DNA of 63,167 nt, counting the filler, from Polymyxa betae A26-41 (lineage: Eukaryota; Protista; Endomyxa: Phytomyxea), in the NCBI GenBank assembly GCA_003693705.1. It is 7 parts of 7 records of this genome, joined end to end, with 100 filler letters (N's around TTAATTAATTAA, not from the genome) between each part and the next. Parts side by side here need not be neighbours in the genome. Positions count along the whole stretch, not along the records: positions 34,780 to 43,791 come from RBZT01000653.1; positions 43,892 to 49,434 come from RBZT01000897.1; positions 49,535 to 59,768 come from RBZT01000010.1; 4 more parts are not named here. One strand, given 5' to 3'. The notes under the pieces are model-generated. The model was not told the DNA's origin, did not search any database, and worked only from the letters and a program-made list of their open reading frames with translations. Within the stretch, counting starts at the first letter, position 1. Each line of letters begins with the position of its first letter. The position numbers and the translations under genes are program-made. Positions 38,023 through 50,625 of the stretch are shown here, piece after piece.

Positions 38023-38559
38023 GTAATCTCTTTACAAGTCTGATAATTGCCAGTAGCTAAAATCTTTTATAAAAGCATCAATTGACGTTATCACCTGCTC
38101 TGCTGCTGGTTGCAACAGCAACATGAGAGATTATTTCGTATTTCCATATCTTATCTGCTGTTGCAAAGTGGAAGCAATAATAGCAGCAGCCAGATCTAAG
38201 ACGCGGCCAAGACCCCAATAAATGGCTCTCACTCTGTATCCCCAGCACTGACAGACATGTTATGTACACAAGACAATAGCTAGATCTACAACTGTACCAT
38301 GGTATTATACTAATACATTTGATAAACAGCCGAGGCATTACATCGATTTTGACTGGGCGTTTCGATGGAAGTTCTTAACGGGCATCCCACAATTATGCAC
38401 GATACGTTCAGGACGTCAGCAGAAGTGTTTCGAAACCATGCTGTTTGATTTGGATTTCAGGGGTGTTCGAATCATAGCTCCAACCCCATCCTGGTTTGTT
38501 TTCGAGCAAATCATAATTCTACGGGGTATATTTAGTTATCAGCTGATCAAATATCAATA

Positions 38560-40466
38560 CGCAATCCCTTTCCAGATGCCTTCCAGGATGGGGCGGCTGC
38601 TCGCTCAGATCCTGGTGCAGTACCGAGGAGAAAGAAGAGATGGGAGCGCAGATCGCGGGAGCTGGCTTGGGTCGTAAACTCATCGATGGCGTCCATGATG
38701 GTGTCATGGGCTCGGCGCTGCTCCTCGTTCAACGCCGAAAGGTCGCGTTGATAGCGCTGAAAGATCCTGCCAACGTCGGCGGTCAGGTCTCCTACGGTCT
38801 GCAGCTGGTCGACCAGGCTGTCTCCGTCGAAGGTTTCCACTTGATGAAGCAGGTCGTCTGGGAACGATGCCAGCTGTGGCAACGACGTGAAGTCGGCAAG
38901 ACTGGATTCCATCGATTCCAGGATCGAATGGAGCATGCACAGCAGCAAAACTGATCGCTTCGGTCGGAATGCCGGCCAACAGACGTCGGTGTCGCCGTCG
39001 ACGAATATCTTCGGTGAGTGCGTTGCTGAAGCGGTCGAAGAGAGCCGCCAGGTCCGATGGGCTGGCACTACGTTTACTCTGAATACCATTATCGATGGTG
39101 TTCGGTCGCGCGGTCGCATTGCAATCGTGTATTATTCATCGCGCATATCGGCGCTGTTGTTGCACGGAGGGCGTACTGCACATTCGGCTTTCAAGATTCC
39201 CGTCCACAACATTAATGACGAGAACGCCTGCTGGCTACCTCTCCAGTCCGAGATGGCTGCCAAGATCCGGGACTCGGTACTTACGATCTGGGACGAGAGC
39301 TTCATGCAGGACCGGTAGTGCTTCGAGTCTGTGGACCGACTGTACCGCGACATCTGCATCCGCCCACAGATCCCGCTCGGAGGCAAGGTCGATCGCTCAA
39401 GGCGTCAATGTCCAAGACCAAGTGCGATTCGCTGCGCTGCTGGCCGCAACTGGCGATAGAAGGGTGCCCAAATTCCAAGTTCGGACTCAACAGGTTGCGC
39501 TTCCGCCCCAATGGTGCCTGCCGGTCAGCAATTCGTTCCGCAACGATATCAAGACCCTGATCGACGCCATCTACCCGAACCTAGCAGCGCAGCTCGATAA
39601 TCAGCAGGACGACCTAGCGTCGCGATGCATCCTGACTACCAAGCACCCGGACGTGGACCAAATCAACAACACCAGCCTGGGTTTGCTCCCCGGCGATGCT
39701 CAGGAGCTGGTCTCCGTCGACGCCATGGATCCGGAATCGGGGCGCGGTGGCGACTCTTTTCCCATTCAGGCCATCCAGAAAGCTGCACCGGGCGACTTGG
39801 CTCCACACCGGCTCCGAGTCAAACCCAGGATGCATCTCTTTCGGATGCGCAACATTGATCCCGAGGCAGTGATGTGCAGTGGAACGCGATTGATCATGGA
39901 ACAAGCCAGCGACATGCTGCTCAGCTGCCGGATTGCAACTGGGACCCGTACAGGCAAGCACTTTTTTCTGTCTCGCATTGCTTCCGAGTCATCGTCCAGC
40001 AAGTTCCACATCACTTTCCGCCGGACACAGTTCCCAGTAAAGCCGGCGTCGCGGTAACAGTCAACTAGGCACAAGGGCAGACCCTGGGTCTGTTGGGTAT
40101 ATTTCTCTACGACCAGGTATTCGCTCACGGGCTGTACGTGGCGCTCTCCCGGGTTTGTCATGGTACTGCAGGCGCAGCCTGTGTAGTTTCTTCCCGGTAA
40201 CTCATGCAAAAAGAATTCTTCCTTGGCAGTCATCAGCCAAAACAAAACAAAACAAAAACGAGTTGTACGCGTTCGAATTCCTTTTGGTCAGTTAGCTGCT
40301 GTGAAGTTCAGGCGGCAGTTTCGACAGAATAACCGCTCCAGGGCTGTTAGTTCAGGGCCCACTTAAACATTACAACTCACTCCTTTGCACTCATCAACCA
40401 AAACAAGGAAAAGTCGTACGCGCGCCCTAAAAAGGACCGCTCATCTGAGCGGTCTGTGTATAGTAG
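38560..40466 (+). mobile_element. Helitron RepHel (PIF1 helicase) remnant with an internal inversion and a 3' hairpin
   Basis: SALLLHGGRTAHSAFKIP; IWDE; RNID...CSGTRL; RRTQFPV; QGQTL; HGLYVALSRV. Hairpin GACCGCTCA-TC-TGAGCGGTC at 40435-40454, then GTAG|T. Confidence 0.88.
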
Positions 40467-40521
40467 TCAGACTTTAGTAACGAGAATTGCCCACATAACA
40501 GCTAGTGGCGCTCCTTAACGT

Positions 40522-40690
40522 CTAAACATCCCGAGTTATGCCATTTGCCTCAAGTTTTACAGCTACATTCTTCCAGGGCTCAGGTTTATACCCATTCTGG
40601 GCCCGCTTGCCCAATACAATCGCTTGGAGAATAAACTCGGACAGTATGATGGTATCCGGATCATCCAAATCTGGTTGAATCTCCATTGCA
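40522..40690 (-). pseudogene. Myb/SANT-like fragment of Harbinger accessory-protein type
   Basis: L..AIVLGKRAQNGYKPEPWKNVA. Confidence 0.55.
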
Positions 40691-41004
40691 GAGCAGTGTA
40701 AGGCACAGACGATAAAACAACAAGGCTCTATGCTCATTTCCGGCTTTCCTTTCATGTATATTCAATTTTTATAACTTAATTCATTTTTAAAAATAGATTT
40801 ATTATGTTGAATTCATATCAACATCATATTTTTAATATGTACATACTGTATATCTACAATTTTTACCTGCGGAAAGAAATTTCCGAGATTATTGTTTTTC
40901 CCCTGGAGTTGCGGGGGTTTCGTGTGCTGACAATCGAGCTTTAAATGAAGCAACAAAGTTGCGCAACTCCTAAGGCCGACTAATAGATTTCACTTGCCTG
41001 GGAA

Positions 41005-41860
41005 ATGGGAATGGATGGCCCAGAGATTGTATTGCTGATACTGAGACTATCTGAGTGCTTGGCTGCATTCAGTTCTGGGTCTAGTAATGTTACAGATTTT
41101 CTTGAGGAGGCCCATGTTACTTTCTCTCCTCTCGACCTTCACGTTACTGACGCCACAGTAAGACTACTCTGTCAGAAAATGTCACATCTCTTTAACATGC
41201 ATTATAGGAACCGATTCTCTATGAATCATATTCAATCCAAAATTTCTCTGATCCTCCCAATTTCAACAACAGCTTTGATCCCTCTTTTGATCTGGATGTG
41301 AATTTTGATGTCTGAAATTGATATATAACTGATACCTATTTTGAAAATAATTCATTATTCAGATATACAAATGAGAATCAAATTCGTGAAGCAGACACCA
41401 TTCCTGATATTGGAATGTTATCACATCAACATCTTTATTACACCATAAAGAGGTTGTTCCAGATTTTCGTCATATTCAGAAATCTATCAATGTAGTGCTT
41501 CATTTCAAGTCGCATGTCTTAGAAATGACTGAAATTTTCATAATCAGTCTGATCGGTATAGTCAGGCTACAGACTTTCTTGAAGAGACTCATGTTACTGT
41601 CTCTCCTCTCGACCTTCACGTTACAGGAGTAAGAATACTCTGCCAGCAAGAAGTGGCATCTCTGTAACATGCATTATAGGCACCGATCCATTCTGATTCA
41701 TATTCAATCTAAAATTTCTCATATCTTCCGCAAATCAACAACCTCTTTGATTCCTCTTTTAACCTGGACGTACATTTTGATGTATGAAATGATTATGTAA
41801 ATGTGATATCTATAGAGTGATTTACTATTCAGATATTCAATAAGAATCAAATTTGTGAAA
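41005..41860 (+). pseudogene. 5' exons (signal peptide) of a repeat-module family member, internally duplicated and cut by Copia
   Basis: Homologous to 48400-48696. 41090-41390 is repeated at 41570-41860, with conserved GT..ATTATAG introns. Confidence 0.8.
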
Positions 41861-43791
41861 CGTTGGTTATGCGCCAAGAGCATGGCGCTTCAGCCAGAGA
41901 GCATGGGCGCCACAATGGATGAAGAAGATATCATCATCTTGATCTTAGGGAAGCTACCTTATTCCCTGAAACATGCAGCAGCCGCCATTCGCAGTGAGCG
42001 AGGCGCGAACAAAAGAAACCTGGACGAGGTCCTCAAGTATCTGACTGATGAGGCGGAGATTGAAGAGGCACAACGTTAGCGTCGCAACGGTGGACGAAAT
42101 AAGCGAAATGATAAGGATGACACTGAGGATAACGAGTCAGCATTTTTTGGTCCGTGGATACAAAGGGAAGAAGAACAATCAAAGTGCCAAGAAGCAAGGA
42201 GCGAAATCAAAAGACATTGTATGTCATCGATGCGACAAGACCGGTCACATTGCTCGCAACTGTCGTGAAACCCTGCCGGACGACACTTCATCAACGGCAG
42301 CCCTTTATGCCACATTTATGGCGAAGGCATTGATTCAAGAGACGTCGTCAAGAACATGGTGGATCGACTCCGGATGTACCGCACACATGACGAATGATAA
42401 GTCGGCTTTGACAAACCTGAGAGAGCCGCATACTAACGCGGTGATTATCGGAGATGGAACAAAAATGGATGTCAGTGCTACGGGAGACTACACTGAAGGA
42501 GGCGTCACGCTGCAGAACGTTCTGTACGTTCCAAGTCTGAAGGACAAGCTGATGTCAGTGAGCTGCGCTCTGGACAAGGGCGTCGACAAGGTGGTGTTTC
42601 TAAGAAATTCGGTCGAGATCATCAAGCAAGGGAAAATGATCGCAACTGGCAAGCGAGACGGACTTCTATTTCGACAGAATATCGAGAAAGACAGCACGCA
42701 ACGCAAGACTTCTACAAACTCCCAAGAGAAGACGACAGCAAAAGCAACCTACGAGCTCTGGCAAAGAAGGTTCGGACACCTACACTACGAGGCCATCAAG
42801 AAACTTCACCAAGAAGGAAGGATCATCGCTACGGGTTCCGTCCCTGACCAGCCCTGCTCAACCTGTGTAATAAGCAAGCTTCCACGGAAGCCGATCAACC
42901 AAGGTCCCATTGTCCGATCTAAGTCGGTGGGCGAGGTAATTCACTCGGATGTTTGTGGACCATTTAACGTCGTAGGCAATTCTGGTGCGAAGTATTTCGT
43001 AACATTCATCGACGGCAAGAGCCGCTTCATCGCTATCTATCCTATCGTAAAGGAGTCGGAGGTGTTCGGAAAGTTCAAGAACTTTGCTGCGGCCCTTGAA
43101 GTGGAGATCGGACGCAAGATCATTCGACAACTAATATCCGACAATGGCGGAGAGTATACCGGTGAATTCTTTCGCAACTACTGCAAAGCCAACGGCATCC
43201 AGCAAGTGACGACCGTTCCTCATACCCCACAGCAGAATGGAGTTGCAGAACGCGTTAATCGGACGATTGTTGAAGGAGCCCGTTCTATGATGCAAGAAAC
43301 CTCCATGCCGTCAAGCTCCTGGTCAGAGGCTGTAGTGTACGCAGCATACGTCAGAAATCGCTCACATTCACGTGTTCTGGACCACAAGACACCATACGAG
43401 ATGAGGTTCGGACAAGTTCCGGACTTGAAAAAGATCAGAATATTCGGAGCCAATGTATATTACCATGTACCTAAGGCAACGCGCACAAAGCTAGACGACA
43501 AAGCAGAAATGGGACGATTTGTTGGCATCCCTTCTTCACAACATGGTTTCCTTGTCAGAACTATGTACGGCAAGCTGACAAGTTCTAGAGATGTCGTATT
43601 CGCTGAGAACCAAAGCATCAACGAGGCTTCGGACGATGATAATGAAACAGAGATTCCGTTCCCGGCCGCATCTAAGGATAATCGCATTTCAAATCCAAAG
43701 ACCAATGATGAAAGTACTGACCAAGACGAGAGCAGCGATGATGATGACGACTTCCACACCGTAGAAGAATATATGGATGCAACAGAAGACG
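41861..43791 (+). mobile_element. Ty1/Copia element (gag, protease, integrase), truncated by the contig end
   Basis: CHRCDKTGHIARNC; WWIDSGCTAHM; IHSDVCGP; SDNGGEY; TPQQNGVAERVNRT; TKLDDKA..GRFVG. Confidence 0.95.
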
Positions 43792-44047
43792 NNNNNNNNN
43801 NNNNNNNNNNNNNNNNNNNNNNNNNNNNNNNNNNNTTAATTAATTAANNNNNNNNNNNNNNNNNNNNNNNNNNNNNNNNNNNNNNNNNNNNCCTTATCGG
43901 AACATCATCGGTTCCGGATAGTTAAATAAATCAAGGGTCACCTGCCTCTCAGAAATGGAAATGGTGATATAGACATCGGTATAAACTCCAACCATAAATT
44001 ACCTAATAGAGAGAGAGCTGGACGTTTAAGGACCTAAATACAAAAAC

Positions 44048-44260
44048 CTTCCTCTCTATAGCGACACTCTTTCCTCTCTCTATAACGACACTCTTTATAC
44101 AGTCCTCCTCTTTATAGCGACACTCTTTCCTCTCTCTATAACGACAATCTTTATACAGTCCTCCTCTTTATAACGACACTCTTTCCTCTCTCTATAACGA
44201 CACTCTTTATACAGTCCTCCTCTCTATAGCGACACTCTTTCCTCCCTCTCTATATCGACA
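44048..44260. repeat. Tandem array of about 56-bp units built from CCTCT(C/T)TATA(A/G)CGACACTCTTT subunits
   Basis: About eight subunits, alternating with ATACAGTCCT linkers. Confidence 0.9.
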
Positions 44261-44289
44261 AACAGCTCCACGTTTCTAATACAAACCAC

Positions 44290-45150
44290 AGGAATAGCAA
44301 AACAGATCTACAAGCGCTGGGTCCTGATTACAAGTCTAAGTCGCTTAAAAATCCCGAACAAGATTTTCCACCATGCTTGTCATGCCTTCATCGGATGTAT
44401 GTTTTATCACATATCATGGATTGCAGGCAAATCCTCCATTAAATAAACAATTCGCCCTTTACAGTTTCCGTCTATATGAGAACATACAGTATAAGATCAA
44501 CTCCCATTAACCCTATCACAAGCGATCTCCAGATTTTCTCCAGCAAGATAACCTTTTTACAGAATTTGCCTTAACTGTAATGGAAGCCGATGCAGAAGGA
44601 AATCTGTTAGGAGATGATTACCGCTGATGGGATCAAGCTGGATTCCATGTCGACGGCGGGACACCATTTGGACGGGTCAGAAGCGACAGTTAAGCAGTTT
44701 GACTCAAGAATCCTCTCACAAAAAATTATCGATTCAGAAACCCTCGAAGCACTTTTATACCCGCGATGTCACATTGGAACTTCTCCAAACGGGAAAATCA
44801 TTCCTAAGGATCCAGATAGAGCTCCTTGGACTGATGAAAGTCTGAACCATTTTCTGGAATAAAGAACCGCAAGAACCAATGCTAGAACGAACCAGTGGCG
44901 CAGCAGCCATTGTTCATATGGTAGCGGCCACCTCAAACCCTCAACTCTGTGATTGGTGACATGAAATGGCGGATAGATTTTGATCAACCTAGGCTGGTGT
45001 GATGGCTCAGAATATAACAGCGTCATTGAGAGGTCGCAGGTTCCTACACCTCCCAAAACCGGTACAAACTTCTGGAACACCGAGAGCTGTTCTCGCTCTA
45101 GTTGGGAGGTCGATTACTCAGACTATTGAGGTTGCTGTTAGAAGGCCGAG
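44290..45150 (+). mobile_element. Degenerate, internally deleted relative of the LINE at 34780
   Basis: ACHAFIG, RSTP, SRF, EAD.EGNLLG, GHHLDG/WTPFGR and WTDES align with 35555-36200. Confidence 0.75.
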
Positions 45151-46451
45151 AGAAGAGACTGCCACACTTTACAGAAGGTATTCGTCATCGTGACGGAATT
45201 TCGCCAAACGAGGACAACGGAGCTTCAAAACGAAAAAGTCCGCAGCTGAGCAAAAACGTTCCAAAGGTGAAAGAGCTTTGAAAGGATCAGGAGGTAGGAG
45301 CTGAGCTCCTTCTTCCCTGCATTAAGCCTCGAACATCTTGATGTAATTCTCCTCCTGGACACAGCCATTGCCGGGACTTGGTCTTATCGCCGGTAAAGAA
45401 AGGCGGTTTTATAAAAGTCCGATTAGGTGGGCCCAGGCTAGATCAATTCGAAACAGATGAATTGATAGATAAATTGATTTACCTGCGAAACTTCAGTATG
45501 AATTGATTGAGCTCGATGGACGGCTTTATTATGATTTTACGTTGCCACAATCTGAGACATGAGACTCTCAATCAATGGGTCGACGCCTTGTGCGACAATG
45601 TTCGCTTCCAGGGGCAGGAGCGAGCGAGAGAGCTTGAGCGTGCAGAATTCACAGATCCGAACCATCTGATTCTGCCGAAGGATCTGGACTTGGCGTTGTG
45701 CTGATCATTTTCACAGTTCGGTGAAACTGTTATGAACCATCAAAACAACAGAATACTTAAATACAGAGATCATCAGAGCTACAGAGAACAGGAACCGAAG
45801 TTAGAACGAGAGACGAGATAAATTGTTGATTCAAGAATGGCGCTAACAAGACTCCTCATTTCGTTCAGCTGATTATCAAGTCGACTGCTATGGTGGAGCC
45901 GGCAACGAGGCTGCGCCGAGAGCCCAAGCGGGACAGAGGCCCGAATCTGTCTTCGTCCTTTGAGGAGGATCAAGTGCTGGTTTTGGTGCGGAGTTCTCGA
46001 CACCAAACTACATATTGGAAATTCCAGTTTCCAGGAAAACCAATTCTGAAAGTTTTTTGTGGCATCGAAACGAGGCCTAAAGGCAGTTAAGTATCTTGAT
46101 AATGATGGAAATGTGCAACTTGCAAGATTGGAAGTGGCGGCGCAGCCTTCGTGCGTGGCCTTCTTGTGATATCGTTATGTTACCATCATGGTGTTTTGTC
46201 GTCTGATAGTTCTACAAGACGAATTCGGCAATTGAATGTATTCAAAGATCAACAACTTTTCACGCGTTTAAACTTGGAAACAGAATTCGATGATGTCACT
46301 TATTGTGGTCGTTCCAGAACGGAACTGTTTGATTGCGCTCATACAGTATCTATAACATTCGAATTCTTTAGATAGGCTGCACAGAAAATAAACAGCTTTA
46401 TTCACTTGTAGAGCTGAATCAAATTGAACAATCCTTTAAATACTGATTATA

Positions 46452-48696
46452 CTACTTAGTAGCATCGACAGCAGATTGAGCAGGACATTGTCTAGTACGT
46501 CCAGGACAATAATTGTGTTGAAATTGATAATGATCTAATTCATGTCCAAATATATGACAGAAATAATTGACATCATTACTGCAATGATGTTCAAGACAGA
46601 ATAATATTGGATGAAGAGAATGTCCGAGATATTCAATCAGATCAGAGGATGGATTCAACTTCCACTTCTTCAGTTCATCCTTCATTCGCTGAAGACACTC
46701 CAAAATAAGCTTCTGTGATATATTCAGATAATACAAATGATATTGAACACAGTATTACCGTATCAAATCCTTTCAAGGAAATATTCAATAGACAATGAGT
46801 GAGACCAACTCTATCACGAACTAGTTGTGATTTGATCGAGAATTTTCCCTTGTTACTTACAATGCGAATCTGAAATCCGCATTGTTTATTCTTGCCATTG
46901 AACCTAGAACAAAGCTCCATAAAATGACTATGAAGAAACGGATTTCCCCATCGAGATTGAAAAATCCGAAGATCATTCTGACAGCATTCCGTAACACATG
47001 AGAGTACTGGGTAACATGTTCGTCGCAGCCAATTCTCACATCCTTCACGCGTCATGTTCATTTTCGGGTCGGTAATCTTGGCCCGAACTATTTTTAGACA
47101 TAAACTGGCCACCAATATCAACTTCTGTAACGTGGACTTCGAAGAAGAGAATTCCGAGGTTTCCGTCAATATGAGCTGATCATCGAGAACTTTGATAATA
47201 ACAGGGGGTTTTGCAGCATAACTTTTGCCATTTAATGGGAACAATAAATTTGTATCAGTAAGAAACGCGTATTCGTCATCATCAGGCTGCTTTTTCTGTA
47301 TGACAGATTCAGTCTGGGATTCCCCATTTCAATATGAATAAATCTCACCAGAAAAGCACACAGAGTTGTGTAGTCTGTGATCTTCTCAACACCAAAATCA
47401 CACGATTTCAGACATTCGGGCACAATGCTAAGCATTGGAAGAACGAAATCCTTTGGTGCTGAACTATGTTTTATCCGTTTGAAGGGGCGACCTTCGCAAT
47501 TCTGCACAGCAAGACGTTCAACAGAAGTGAAACAACAATATTGTTTGATAGACGGATCGGGAGCTGAGAGTTTGGCTCGGCATTCATCTCCGGAACATGT
47601 TCTAGGGAGATTCCAATAATAGAAGGGATCCCCCCAGAGTGTCTGAAACATTCGGAGATCTTTCTGACAGCATTCTATGACCAATCTCAATACAGGACGA
47701 CACACACTATACATCCAATGGCGAATTTTTCCATCAACCTTGTTCCAATGCCATTCGTATTTCTGGGAGGCCCAGATCAATTTCCGATACAGATTCGCAA
47801 TCAGAATCAGCTTTTGTAATGTGCTCTGAGCAGAACGGATTCGTTTGGTTTCGCTCAGATCAAGATCATGTCCTTTCACATTGATAACAAAGTCACAGTT
47901 GATCTCGGAGCATTGACCTTTAGCACGATCGGACTTTGAAGACAGAAAATGAAGTTCTTCATTATTCGGCTTTTTGATCTTAACTACAGTCAATATACAG
48001 AAGGACAAAAGGCTCCTCAAAATTCACCAGAAACTTGCAGAGACTGTTATAGTCATTGATATCAGGTACATCATGATTGAAGGAATACAGAAAGTCGGTT
48101 GGCGATGATGTCTCGTCAGTACGAGGACGTTTCCGGGAGATAGTTTCAACAGGTTCAGTATTCTGATTAAAAATATCAGAGATTTTCAGGACATAAAGCA
48201 TGATAAAATGACATTACATTGATAGATTTGAATAGGAGCTAGAGCCTGAACATCTTCTGTATGATGTAATGAAGATGTTGAAGTTGATAACGTTCCAATA
48301 TCAGGTCGGGTGTCCAATGATTCACGAAATCCATTCTCAGTGAATATCTGAATAATGCATCAAATTGATACCATCACAGTTATAGAATAAAAGTAAAATT
48401 TACATCCAGATCAAAACCAAATGAGTGATCAAAGGGCTCGTTGTGATCGGGAAGATCTGAGTAGCCTTGGACTGAATATGAATTATAGAGGATGGGTTCC
48501 TATAATGCATGTTAAACAGAGGGGATTTGATTTGACATTTCAAATTTACAGTGGTTTCTGTAACGTACAGGTCGAGAGGAGAGACTGTAACAGGACTCTC
48601 CGCCAGATAGTCTGTAACATCATTTGGACCAAAAGTGAATGCAGCCAAGCAATCAGATAGGTTCAGTACCAGGAAGACAATAGCAGAGCCCACCAT
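46452..48696 (-). CDS. Multi-exon secreted protein with tandem cysteine-containing helical modules (candidate effector)
   Basis: Signal peptide MVGSAIVFLVLNLSDCLA; SRKRPR; two TLQKL..CCQxDLRxFQxxWG modules. GT-AG introns at 47979-48027, 47296-47348 and 46713-46758 join the ORF pieces in frame. Confidence 0.8.
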
Positions 48697-49051
48697 TTCC
48701 TGGCGAATTCAAGTCTGATCGTCGGACTTCAAATCTGCGAAACTTTTGCGTGATTATAAATCAAAACAATTCTCCGCGATGATTTTACCATACGAAATTA
48801 ATAAATCAACACAGAACGGAAAGCGTTCGGAATATTACAATGATGTTTAAGACAGTATTGTATGGTTTTTTGAAAATCCAGTTCCCAGGAAAATTCGATA
48901 TTTTCAAGTCCGTGACATCGAATCGAGTCCGAAAGTCAGTCAAATATTGATAATCATGGAAATTTGCAACATGCAAGATTGTAAATGGTGGCGCAGCCTT
49001 GGGACGTGGCCTTTTTAGCTGCTTTTGTCGAAAATGACGATTCCTCAGGTT

Positions 49052-49174
49052 AGGAATATTCTGGGATCCTCCGGAGGGGCTGCGCTCCGATGAAGGAGAG
49101 CAGGTTTGTAACTTCGGAATATTCTGCGCAGCCTCTGGAGGGGTTGCACTCCACTGAAGGAGAGCAGGTTTGTA
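49052..49174. repeat. Two imperfect direct repeats of about 60 bp
   Basis: GGAATATTCTG...GGAGGGG.TGC.CTCC..TGAAGGAGAGCAGGTTTGTAA occurs twice. Confidence 0.85.
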
Positions 49175-49675
49175 AGAGACTGGTTGAAATAGAAAAAGTC
49201 TCACTTTTTAGTCACTCACTTTTTGGCCAGCTTACTGGACTGTGACCATCAGCAGTAACTTTTTGAAAAAGTATGTCAGAGACTTACTTTTTCAAAAGTC
49301 TGCAGATCGCAGTCGTTGTGTGACCACAAAAGCCGGTGAAAATTCAGAGTAAAAGTTATATTATATTTGAAGATGCCTGTTCGCAACTCGACTATTATCG
49401 CTTTAACAACTTGCATCAGCGCTATTGTCGCTGCNNNNNNNNNNNNNNNNNNNNNNNNNNNNNNNNNNNNNNNNNNNNTTAATTAATTAANNNNNNNNNN
49501 NNNNNNNNNNNNNNNNNNNNNNNNNNNNNNNNNNTCTTGAGCGAACTAATCCGCCAAGACACTCTGGAGCGGCTATCCCGTCTGAAACAGAGCGATATTC
49601 GCTCGTACTTTTGAACTGATCACTGATAACCTAGGAGCGTTAGAATGGAAATGAAAATTTAATGATTTTTTATGT

Positions 49676-49833
49676 AACTCTCTTATAATTAATACAGCCA
49701 TTTCGGGTATTAATTATGAAATATTAGAGAGTATTAATTATAAGTCATACTACCGATGTCGGTCGACCGGATCTCTATCAGTTATAAGAGAGAATTAATT
49801 ATAAGAGAATTAATTATAAGAGAGCCTACGGTA
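49676..49833 (-). mobile_element. Tc1/pogo-like MITE end with repeated CTCTTATAATTAAT motifs
   Basis: The minus strand reads TA-CCGTAGGCTCTCTTATAATTAATTCTCTTATAATTAATT, with an inverted copy at 49678. Confidence 0.45.
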
Positions 49834-50625
49834 CAACGTGTTTTAAAAAATAAAACAAAGTCATCTTCGCAGTTTTTAATGCATCTTAGAGAAAATCACG
49901 AGATTTCAAAAGTGCGACAGTCACGCAATGTCTGTTGCGCCATGCGATTAGTACGATTAACTCAACGAGTATTTGAGTTATGACAGCGCCGAACAGTGAT
50001 TCGGTACCGGGATGCTATCAGCAACAAGAATACCCAATCAGATCGACTTGAAAATTTGTAGTTCATTATTCAAAAATTGTAACAAAAATTGCGATTTTGA
50101 CAGCATAGACAGCTCTACAATAGACATACGCAAGCCCGAATTCATCTGAAAACCAATGCGATGGAATCGGAAGATACAATTCGTCAGTGACACCGATATA
50201 CAAAAGAGCATCGATTGATTGAATGAAGCACACTCAGGACAAGCTTGAAAGAGATTATTGAAGAGTTCTCCAACTCAGTTTGAAGAAGCGATTCTTGGCC
50301 GATGTTGCACTGTAACGTACGAACACGGAGTATATTTGTGACGAGATCTACAAATTTGTTTTTCATTACACCATTCGAAGAAAACTTTCAATTTTTCCAC
50401 TCTAGCAAGCTTTCGCCCAAGATGTTCCGTTCTGGGATGTATTATGGCAGAGATACGCGAAGTCTCTCAACAGCTGCGGGAAGTTTTCAGTGTTTTTATG
50501 TAGTCCTGGAGGCCGTTTGGTCAAAATCGAGCCTATGAACACCGTCTGCCAAAAGGTAAAGCAAAGCCATGTCCACTCATTCCGGATTTGTAGGGTTTTA
50601 GGGTTTGTCAGGCGGCCAATTTATT

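Noticed and set aside
44048-44260. CRISPR-like array
   Set aside because: The intervening sequences are repeated rather than unique spacers, there are no cas genes, and the context is eukaryotic.
44992-45050. tRNA or tRNA-derived SINE head (TGGCTCAG...GGTTC)
   Set aside because: No cloverleaf can be formed, and it coincides with the stop region of the LINE relic.
46690-46760. Apparent frameshift in the repeat-module gene
   Set aside because: Explained by a 46-nt GT-AG intron conserved in two paralogs.
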